Shown here in pieces: positions 1-10,300 of a stretch of DNA of 64,000 nt. The notes under the pieces were generated by a model. It was not told where the DNA came from. It saw only the letters and a program-made list of their open reading frames with translations, and did not search any database. Origin of the DNA: Klebsormidium nitens (Eukaryota > Plantae > Klebsormidiophyceae); NCBI GenBank assembly GCA_000708835.1, contig DF237266.1, positions 1 through 64,000 on the forward strand, read 5' to 3'. The translations under genes and the position numbers were made by a program. How positions within the stretch are numbered: the stretch's first letter is position 1; each line of letters starts with the position of its first letter.

Positions 1-771
1 ACCCATTTATACCGGGCTCGTGTGTGTGTGATCTTATTTATGTTTGTCCTCAAGATGCCCCGAAGATGATGCCCCGGTAGCCTCCGTAGGATCCCGTTTA
101 ACCGGGTCCACCTATTATGGTTTTTGCAATTTACCATAGACTGAACGGAGCGTTCACACCGAAGAACTTCCAATCGTGATAGGCAGTGTTACTAGCCGGA
201 CCACCAACCGGGCAAAGCTGTCCGGCAGAGTGAACCGCAGACCCTGCAGCACCGGGTGCCCACCGACCCGGGCGCTTCTCGGATACTGCTTAATAGACTG
301 CACCAGTCGACTGCTGAAACCACCCGGGCAGCGGCGCAGTCTGCGAAGTTACGTTATTATTGACACTTAAGGTACGAGAGAGGACATAGAGGAGTAGGTG
401 AGTGTAGACGGTGCCAATTAGCCAACCAAACTGCAGAGTTGGCCAAAACGTCTCTAAAGAACCTCCTAAAGAGGATTTTGGCCGCTGCAACTGGCCCTGT
501 AGATGCCATCATGATCATTCGTTCAGCTCCGGCACATGCTGCCATGATAGAAGTTGCATACATATAACCTCGGCGTCTAATTAAAGGCCGACCAATTGCA
601 CATGCTTGCCAGTGTACGTACCATACAACCCTGTCGTACACATGCATCGACGAAGAGTGTGCGTCAAATGGTAGAGCGGGGACCTCGCTATGATCAACTA
701 AGTTGGAAAACAACATTGTGAGGTCCTGCCGAAGGTCAGTGCCGCCCCTTGCCGCTGTCATGTTCACTAAT

Positions 772-969
772 TACCGTACCTGCATTTGATTTCGGCAGGT
801 TCGACGCCGATTAGTTAATTATGAAACTTTCAATTTTTTCGCGGCAGACCTAGCGTTACCTGCTAAAAAGAACCGTTATCGACCATTATCGCTTCAAAGT
901 ATTTTCCAGCGAATTTCGGCAGGGCAGGTAATTATTTATTTTTGGCCGAAATCAACTGCAGGTACGGTA
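772..969. mobile_element. Non-autonomous Tc1/mariner-type MITE (~198 bp including TA target duplications)
   Basis: TACCGTACCTGCATTTGATTTCGGC (772-796) is the reverse complement of GCCGAAATCAACTGCAGGTACGGTA (945-969) with one mismatch. Both ends are TA, the TSD of the Tc1/mariner superfamily. The interior is AT-rich, non-coding, and repeats the inner TIR end ATTTCGGCAGG at ~913-923. Confidence 0.8.
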
Positions 970-1242
970 GTGCACATATCATGCTGGAGTCCGGCATCTA
1001 TGAACATACATGCCGACCGCAGTACCAATCGAATTGGAAAAAGCAACGAAAGGTGGCTCTTGGCCGGGCCTGACCGGACACCGTCTCATCTCCTGCCGCA
1101 CTAGGCGCCTCCACGGCTGCCAGCAGAAAGCACTGCCAATTGATTGCGCAGGAAGATGGAACAGACTCCGACGGTTGCTGGAAGAGCAATACACAACTTC
1201 GACAACAAGGCTCAACTCTTACAATCCGGCCCCTCGCACCCG

Positions 1243-4200
1243 TCACCTCCTCCGTCTATGCCGCGATTTGTCTTTGTTGCTGTCGCCGTCGCTGTCGCTT
1301 CCGCTCGACTCATATTCTCCCTTGTCCAGATTGAACGCGCGCCGCACCGGGACGTCATCGTCATCGTCCGAATCCGAGTCCGCTTGTCTCCGCTTCCGGC
1401 TGGGCTTTGTCCCGTCATATTCTTCGTTGTCCGAATCCAACGCGCGCCGCACCCGGACGTCCTCCTCATCGTCTGAATCCGAGTCCGCTTGTCTCCGCTT
1501 CCGGCTGGGCTTTGGCCGGAGCGGCCGCCGAAGCCGGTCCGCCCACCGTTTCCGCTTGGGTGACAAAACGCTCTTCGACTCTTCTTCCGCGTCTGATTTC
1601 CTGAAGTCCTCTCGTAGGAATTCGGCCATGAGGTCTGCCTCGTCCAGCTCATCCTCTATTTCGTATGCAGACTCGTCTTCCTGCTCTACTTTTTCCTCCT
1701 GCGCCGCTTCCCCGTCACTCGTCTCTAGCACGCCCATTCCTTCATCTGTTCGCCCGTCCTCATTCGCCATTACCACCTCCTCTTCTTCTTCGTCCCCTTC
1801 GTTGCGACCTCGTTCCTCGTCAAACTCCTCAAACTCAGTTTTCTCCAATTCCGACTCTAGCCGTGTTTCCAACGCATCCTCTTCCCCACCCGTCCCCTCA
1901 ACTTCTTCAGAAGGCTCTTCCTCCTCCGACTCCGATTCATCCTCTTCAGCTCCTTCATCGGCCCACTCTTCCTTCGACTCTGCCGCCAGATCTTTCTCCG
2001 TCTCTCCACTCTCTTCCGCTTCTGCTTCCAGCCCTTCTTCCTCGCTTCGCACCATCGCTTTCCGCTTCTTCGACGACTCCGGTGCGGGTTCCGGCCCCGC
2101 TTCCTTCCGGTACTCCGGCAGCTTTTTCCGCTCAGCGAGGCTGAGCGGACGCAGGTACATCTCCAGCCGGCCGCCGGCCTCCCGCGGGGGCTTGTTCACA
2201 GTGCCGTGACTTTCCAACTGCAGAAAGAAAAAGATTTCGGTGTCGAAAGGGTGCAACGCATGAGTCCTCCTTTCCTGGGGTTCAGGCGCTCAAAAAGCGG
2301 CAGAAAGCGTTACGCAGCAAAGGTAACGCTGATTTTGTAACGTCTTGTATTGCAAGGCAATCGCCCCTGTCATAAGCCGGCGGGCAAATGCTTCTGAAGC
2401 TTCGTCTGATCTTCTTTTTCCGCGGCCCAATCCCGGTCATAATGATGTAAATAAAGCAGCTGCATTACAGGAAGCGCACGCAGCCCGCCTGAGCAAAACA
2501 GGGGTAATAAGACAAACAGGAGCGGAATTGTCGGCGCCACACAGAGCTGGCAATCTTCGCAAGTCTGCAGTCACCTAAGCCCAGAAGAAATAAATGCTAC
2601 TGCAGGACTGCTTTCATAGGGAAAGACTTGCCCGCCGGTTGGGGTCAAGTACGCAATCTTGGGGCCTCTTCCATACCGCGAGACAGTCGGACAGGGGGCC
2701 TCAATAACATTCAAAAAACTTCGTCGGTTCGTCGTCTTGGGGCCATAAGCAGAAGGGAACCGCTGTGCCCTGAGGCTCAAACGAAGCCACGCTCTCCAAA
2801 GTGCGAGGCTTCATAGCGTATGCCGGAAGTATAAGCGATGGGCAGTCCTTACCAGTTTCAGCATCTCTGGCAGCAGCTGCAGCCCTATGTCCGCCCTCCG
2901 ATCGCCTTTCTTGAATTGCAAGAAGCACTGCGTTGGAGGGGGATTCGGCGGTTACGATGCGGATTTAGTAAGGGGTTAAGGTCCCTGCGCGGTTCTTTCA
3001 GAGGATTGAGAAATCACGTAAGGCGGCAAGTGGCGACACGTGGACAACAAACCAAAGCCTAAGCTTTCTAGTCCTCAAGAGACTTTTCGGAAGAGATTTC
3101 GGAATAAGACCCTCAATCGGTTATTCAAAACAGACCCCTACTCCGGTTAAACAACGACTACTTGTGATATAAGTGTCATCGTGAGAGTAACCAAAAAATC
3201 CATATCGAAAAGATTTGAACGTTGACGATGCCAGTGTCCGTAATGTCAAATGAACTCGACGGACTTCGTTAGGAATGAGACGTTACAGCATGTACAGAAG
3301 AATCCATGGGGAAGCAGCATTCGAAGGCTTCAGGCGGAATGAAATAAACGGAGGGTTTTCGAAGAGCTCTTAAGTGTCTGCTTCAAGCATCAGATCGGGT
3401 CTGGCAAGAGGCTCGAAAGGCTCACCCTAACTTGGTAACCCAAGGCCAGATGCTCTTTTGCTGTGCGCGCCTTCATTTCCATGTCGCGATAATCCTGCGA
3501 GAGAACCCTCACTCGGGATTGACCTGGATGCTTCTCAACTCACATTATCTTCGAACGAGGTCGTCTTTCAATGGAGACGAAGCACTTCTGCGACGGAGGT
3601 GTTCGACCTTGACGCAAATGAGCGCTCCAACATGAGCAACTGCCGACTCTGAAGACGTGCCAAAGTCACGAGACATATACGACGGGTCTGACGGCCCGTT
3701 GAATTTACTGCTTGTCATTTTCAGAACCGTGGTAAAAGGTCGCTGAACATTTCCACTGAAAAGATGTCTTCCGAAGTTTGACAACGGTCTGAAGCTCAGC
3801 ACTGCAGCAGATCGCCTGTTGATGTCAGACAAGTGGGCGCATAATTCCAACAGAGAAACGTGCGCGATGACGCGGGTGCAAAGGATAAATGTTTCCATGT
3901 TTGTACTGCAGCATGATCCGACTTGATGATTTGGTTATAAACTATAAACTGGGAAAGTATGAGAAGTGATGCGCAGGAAGACATACCGTCCGGGAGCTGA
4001 GGCGGATCTCCTTGACTATCTTCTCCCGCCGTTGTTCCAACTGCGAAACACCGCACAGGAATCGGAATAGAGCTTTCCGCGGGCCGAAAGCACGGCACGT
4101 CCCCAACGCCAACAAATCGAAATCGGATTCAACGCTCGAGCATTGCAGAACGAGGGTCAGGTCCTATCGGGTTTTCGCTCTGGTAAACGATTGAAGAGCG

Positions 4201-6891
4201 ATGCTTTTTGGCACTCGATGACTGTCCCTGGATCGAGAATTTCGGATTGCGGCGACCTTTGATCCGTTCATGATGTCAGCGCCGAATTGAAAGGCCCTCA
4301 GGGCCATCAGTATTGTCACGAGCTCCATTTGGCGGTCAGAACTCCTGATGAAAATCCCCTCGAGAAGAAGCTCATGCGCTGACATAGCCATGAATCCGTG
4401 AAAGACCTCGGAAACCTTCGATACTTGAGCCACATGATTTAATCTGAGTAAAGCTTGGAAATCTAGTGCTCCCACCTCCTGCTTCTTTCGGTCCTTCTCC
4501 TTCTTCTTGGCCTCGAACTTGAACTTTTTGTAGTCGACGAGCTTGCATACGGGGGGGTCCGAGCGGGCATTCACCTGCAGTGGGCCAAAGAGTGGCAGCT
4601 CTGGCGTGAATACCTTCGGAATTTAACCACCATACATGGTCAATCAATCTTAGGTGAGAGATTTTGAAGTTCCCTTTTAAGTGCGAGCAAGTGTACATGT
4701 CGAGATGGAAGATTTGCACCTGTGACACGTCATGCCACACCCGATGGCTTCTGAACTTGCTCGGCTGTACTTATCCCTGCATTGTCAGAGTCGCTCTCAA
4801 ACAGTACGTGACCGTTGCCACTTCACAAAAAGCCCAGGATGTAACGGTCAAGAGCTGACACACCCCACAAACATTACGTGAAATAAAATCATGTCCTGGA
4901 AGCAGTGGTTGTAGGCAGGACACAATCGGCACTCAGTAATGACTTCTTTAACCTCAACAATGGACGTAGCGTGTTGTGTGCATCCCTCATAAAACGAGAG
5001 CACGATCCCAGTGCACAAAACGTGTTCACCCCCTAACAAAGTTATAGATCGACAAAAGGTGTCGAACGCTCTTTGAGCTCGAAATTTCGAATCCGGATCG
5101 TCCTACATCTACCATTTTGATGTCTCACGAAGCGGTAAGATCAGACGAGCTTTCACAAGGACACACAAAAGCTGGGGTGTGATCGAGCTGTTCAGACTCG
5201 ACTTCAACGATGTCCTGGCCAGACTCACCTCAACAACATCCAACCCGGCTTTGCGTGCTCGGTTCAGGGCCTCTCCTATTGACACAACCTCGTGGCTCCC
5301 CCCTGCAAAGACCGCGCAGCCCAGGAACGGTGTCAAAACTCAATGAATAAGGTTAGGATTTTCCAAACAATCTGTACTACATCAATGGCTACCCAGTGCT
5401 AAGCGTTCCCAATCAAGGCATCCACCTTCTTGCTGAAGTCAGCAAAAGCTCACCTTCAGGATCGACCAGCCGCACCGTCGACGCAGTAATTGCCTCGTTC
5501 ACGCGCTGCTCGCCGTCTGTTGCCGCCGCCTTGGCTGCCCGCTTTTCCCGGTTGGCCAAACCCACTTTCCACGAGGGAATCGCTCTTGGCGCCGCCACTG
5601 ACCGCAACGGGATGCTATCAATATCTTCAGGATCTTCTTCTGGGATTGGTATTGCTTTCTTCCTCTCTTGGGGAGAACCGTCCTTACTGGGGGTCTCGGA
5701 AGCAGGCTTCTGGGGGGAGGCCTTTGAGGACTTCAAGATCTGTGCGAAAGAAACGCGGTTTGGACCAGGCTCCGAACGCCGCTGCAAGGAATCCGCCATT
5801 CCCATCCGTTTCTTCGCTACAGCCGGGTTTCGATCATCCCTGAGATCCTCCATCCTTGTGGCTCTCGCCGCTCTTCCCCCGTTCAGACTCTCCTGCTGAT
5901 TCACTGAGCCCTGGCCGTTTCTCCCAGTCCTCCGATCAGGCCCGCCATTCCTGCCGACCCATGAACTGCCAGAAGGCAGCTCCTGTGGTGACACCACCCC
6001 AAACCGCCTGTGTGAAGGTTTCTGTGCGATGGTCTCTCTTGCAGCAGAAGGGAGGGCAGCTTCAGGTGCTCTGGCCCCAATGGTCGCTGCTGGTCTGTCA
6101 GGCTGCGCATCTCTCTGTTGATTCTGCTCGGGCTGGGTCCCACGTTCAGGAGGGTTGAGGAGTTCCTCCAGAGGTTTCATTGGCCGGCGGGGGCGGGACC
6201 GGACGTTCGCAGAGGTCGCAAACGAGGCCTTGAAGAGAAGCTGCAGCGGTGCACATACGGATTGAAAACTTGGTTCGAGAGCAACCCATACGCATCTGGA
6301 TTAGGGACGTAGGGCCACTAGGATCATCAGAACTGCTAGCAATGTCCAATTGAGTAGATTTGGAGCAGGTGACAGGCCTGGTTTGTCCAATTAATAGCTC
6401 CCAGATCTTGAACATTTGCCACCAATAGCAGCTTCAACACCCGAAACAACCTTGCGGATTTCCCGAGCATCCTGCAGAGTGCATCATCAAAAATATATGA
6501 TTCCATCAAAAGCATTAAACAGTACTGATCTACTTGCAGAGAGAAAATTTTTCAAGAGTCATGTGTATCTGACCTGTGTGTCATTTGTAAGGTGGCCCCC
6601 AAGACGGTGCGTCCTATGGGTCAACACAAAGAGTGGGGCCCCACCACATGAGTATGCAACACTTGCAATTGGCACTTGATTTTCAACCATCTCTACTTCG
6701 AGCGCTTCTCCCAAAAGTGGTGTAGTTCTCTCTGGCCGACCCCCCACTTGTGCAGTGCAGAAGAACGCATTTTGGCTTGGCAGAGTAAGCACAGACGGAG
6801 GTCGCCACTTCTCAGCATTGTTCCTCAGCCTGGGGACTGGGCCACGCATTTGCGCAACGACCCGCCACAGGTCACATAAGAAGCGCCCCAT
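1243..6891 (-). CDS. infC: Organellar (probably mitochondrial) translation initiation factor IF-3 with long N-terminal and acidic C-terminal extensions; 8 exons, ~758 aa
   Basis: Exons spliced at GT-AG in frame: 6891-6748, 6240-5454, 5302-5229, 4574-4476, 4040-3987, 3494-3426, 2927-2853, 2217-1243. IF3-N motifs: RVNEAITASTVRLVDPEG, EALNRARKAGLDVVEV, PPVCKLVDYKKFKFEAKKKEK. IF3-C motifs: KEIRLSSRT-DYRDMEMKARTAKEHLALGYQVR-CFLQFKKGDRRADIGLQLLPEMLKL-LESHGTVNKPPREAGGRLEMYLRPL. Exon 1 (Arg-rich presequence-like, weak GTGGGG donor) is the least certain. Confidence 0.88.
1333..1513 (-). repeat. Two-copy in-frame coding tandem duplication (period ~105 bp) in the IF3 acidic tail
   Basis: Near-identical ~76-nt blocks at ~1333-1408 and ~1438-1513 encode KPSRKRRQADSDSDDEEDVRVRRAL and KPSRKRRQADSDSDDDDDVPVRRAF. 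Confidence 0.9.
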
Positions 6892-7331
6892 TGGCTTTGG
6901 CTTGCTGCTTTTGTGTGGATCTGTTCCGCTTGCACTTCTAGCTTATGAGCTTCTGAGAAGAGCAAGAGGACTCTGCAGATAGAAACGCCTTCAAAGCTGC
7001 AATCGATGAGAGCAGACTGGGCCCGCGCAAGTATTAGATGCCAATACCATTTCAATATTTAAGCATCAGCCTGGCATAAGAATATGCTTGCTTCTGCAAG
7101 CGCTCAAATTGCGCAGCGCCATTGCACGAACGCCATATTGACCAATGCTGGCCTTGGTCGGACAGAAAGAGCTAGAAACTAGATCGACTGCATAAAACTC
7201 AAATTTCGCTGAGCACTCCTGAAAAAGGTTCGTCAACTTCAAGTTCAAGCATGACATTGAGAGGTCGGATTCTCCCCCAGTCCGGGGCCCCAGAGCCAAA
7301 CCTCCTGATTGCCGGGTTTCTGGTGCCAGCA
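6892..7331. promoter_or_regulatory. Probable bidirectional promoter / 5' UTR region between IF3 and OXA2
   Basis: The predicted start codons of two divergent genes (6891 on minus, 7332 on plus) are 440 bp apart. No specific motif is claimed. Confidence 0.5.
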
Positions 7332-10300
7332 ATGGCGCTTTTTCGAGGAGCTCTTCAAAGATCTGCCCTGAGGAGTCTGCCTGAATCCATATTTTTGCAA
7401 CTGTCCCCTTCTGGTTCCATCTCCAGCTGGCCGGACCTGAATGGGCAAAACACAGAGCAAGCAATCGCCGACAGCGGTTTTTTCCAAAATGAAGCCAGAA
7501 ACTCCACTGCGCCCAATGATTCTTGCAGTGCAAGTTCACAGTCCCTGGAGTGGTCCGAACGGCAGCAAATGCAGAAAGTATCCGAGCAGGAGTGCTCTGC
7601 ACTGGCACAGCATTGGGTTGCGTCGATGGAGACTGTAGCGAAAAGCTGCCACACAATAGAAGTTTATCGGCAATCTTTCATCGTTTCCAGCAAACAAGCA
7701 TCATCATCAAGGGAATGTCCTCTGGGAGACAAAGCCCTTGGAGCTTGGCGGTACCCTGGAGATCCTGAAGGAATGATGGCTTTGAGGCTTGGGTCTCCTT
7801 TCACTTCCGATGGCCGTGGTGGTCGAGCACGTTCATATCAGACAATCAGCGCTTCTCCTTTTCTTCCTTTTGGCAGTGACAGCCGGCGCTTCCACAGCAC
7901 CCCCCAGCAATCTAGTTGGTTCTGGCCATCCAAGGGGGGCGAGAGGCTCCCACCTTCATCTTCAGACGCACCCTTGCTACAAGACTCTGACCAAACACAT
8001 TCAGAAGGCACGTTTTTAGATGCTGAGAGGAACGTTGCAGAGCAGTTGTCTGACACTACCCAGGGAAGTCTGAAGGCGTTGAACCAGGAAGCACTGGAAA
8101 GCGCTCCAACGGCGGCTGGGTGGGGGGTTTGGAAGGCCTTAGCACCTGTCTCAGGGGCGATAGTGGTGGCGCTCGATGGGGTGCACTCTGTGACAGGCCT
8201 GCCCTGGTGAGGATTGACTCACTCTTATGGACTTAAACTAGTTCTTTCTCCCTAATTTACGTGAGAATAGGGAGAGAGAACCGCATCATCCAATCCTTCT
8301 GCTGAATCATGCTTCTTACCCTAAGCATCTTCTGCTGGGGGAGACCGAGCCATATGCTTGTTCAGCCTTTTAAGACTGTTTGGGCATTCGTTGGATCATC
8401 CATTTTTCCAAACTCAGCTCAATTTCAAGGGAAAGTTTTCTTTTGAAGAGCGCATTCCATGAAGTGGGCGGTAGCAAGCATGAGCAAAGTAGGGTGGGCT
8501 TGCTCCTAGTTCTAAGCTGCTCCAAAAGCATCCTGCAATGCATTTATGCACGATGAATGATGGACCCTTTGATGAAGTCAGTATTCCAACCTTGAGATCT
8601 GTCTTGCAGGTGGTCAACAATCATTGTTTCAACACTTCTGATGCGGTCTGTTCTTTTGCCTCTAGTCGCGGTCCAGATTCGGAAGACTGCGCAAATCGGC
8701 TCGCTATTTTCACAAGGTGAGATTCGACCTCAGTTGCGAAGATAACTTCGTCAACTTGCAGGCAGTCTGCATCAAGCACTTGCTTTGAGATATCCACCTG
8801 CAATACCTATTTTGAATCATCAACTGCGCGCTCATTGCCCAAGTTTGCTCTCAGCCGCTTCTGAACGACGTCCGTCTAGTCAGACTGTCTCGTTTACATC
8901 TCCTGCTAAGCTGATTATCACCCTGGATACTCATCGTGGAGTTAACGAGAAAGCAACTCCACTTTTGCAGTGCTCAAGCTAGGCGGTCCTGAGACGCCCT
9001 TTCTGACACAAGTCCAGAGGTTTGCTGCTGCCAGGCAAGCCACGAAGTGCCCCAACCCCGCCTGGTTCCTAGCAGTGCCAGCTGTCCAGGTAAGCAAAAA
9101 CGTTATGAATTTCTTTGTCTCAATCTGACAGCTTTGGACACTGTTCAATACAATCACGGAGTTCGTGGCTGTAGCGCTCCTTCTCTGCCTTTCGATCCCA
9201 TGGAAGAGTGAGTCCAGCTTTTGGAAACGACTTGCAAAGCATTTACCTGCGATGTTGGGATCGAATCGAGTGAGGCGACTCAGTCCGTAAGATGCAATCA
9301 TTTCGAAGCAGCGAGCTCTCATGCCTTTTCAAGGGTATCCTTATGCACCTCCAACGCTTCTCCTTGGTGCAGATTCCCATCTTCGTTTCATCCATGCTTG
9401 CACTGCGACAGATGACGGCAGAAGGCCATCCAGGCTTTGACACCGTAAGTGAGTCTCCCAGGACGCACCCTTTTCTACAAGTGGCTTGGTGTCAAGCGGC
9501 GGCTTGCGTTCTGGTCTCAGTGCAGTGAGTAACGTATGTCGCGAACAAGAGTGCCGTAGTTCCACATGGGCGTCGAGCCCCTATTCCGAGTTGCTCTCGC
9601 TCATCTGGTCCAACTTTTTTTCACAAACCCTGAGCCTGGTACAATTCGCTCTTAGCCGCCTTGCTTTTCTCGCTATGGTCCAACAATTTGTCTTGTTGCT
9701 GCTTCGTTACACTGGGATGCCCTGACTTCCCAATCGAAGGTTTAGTCCAGTTTGGAACGACTGACATGAAATTTCTGAGGATGGAGTTCCTGCTCTCTTC
9801 CTGCCCTGTTAAAGTCGAAACTCCAATCTGGCCTTAGCAGCTCAGTATAAGGTCCATCAGCCTGTGAGACATTATGTCATAGCTAACAAGAAACTATCCA
9901 CTAAGCAGCCTCTGAGTATTGTGGCGTCACGAATCATAAAGCGGCCTTTCTTTCAGAATACGATGCGCCTTTTTGGGGGTTTCTGAAGTAGCTGGTTCTT
10001 GACCAGGTGTACCGACTCGTTAATCGTATCAATTGCGCATATCGATTGGCAGTGAGGCAGTTCCCTGTTTCAATATCTTGGGGCCAGGAAATTCAGACGC
10101 CTCACAACCATTTCACTCTCAGGGGGGGATGCTGTGGTTCACCGACCTGACGCTCCCTGCCGGTCTCGGGCTGGAAGCGGCGATCTTTCCTGTTGCAATC
10201 GTCAGCCTCTATCTTAGTAACGTCCAGGTAAGCTTCCGTGTTATGTGACAAAGGGGTTCGTCGTAATTTTTGGAGCTCTTCGTTTCGCAGAGAGTAAACA

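Noticed and set aside
1010-2209. 399-aa Ser-rich ORF on the plus strand
   Set aside because: It is the antisense shadow of the Glu/Asp-rich IF3 last exon: GAR/GAY codons read as TC-rich Ser/Phe/Leu codons and lack stops.
2571-2928. Protein-like minus-strand ORFs (…NVIEAPCPTVSRYGRGPK…)
   Set aside because: They lie largely in the IF3 intron 2852-2218. The flanking exons join in phase 0 without them and they show no recognisable motif.
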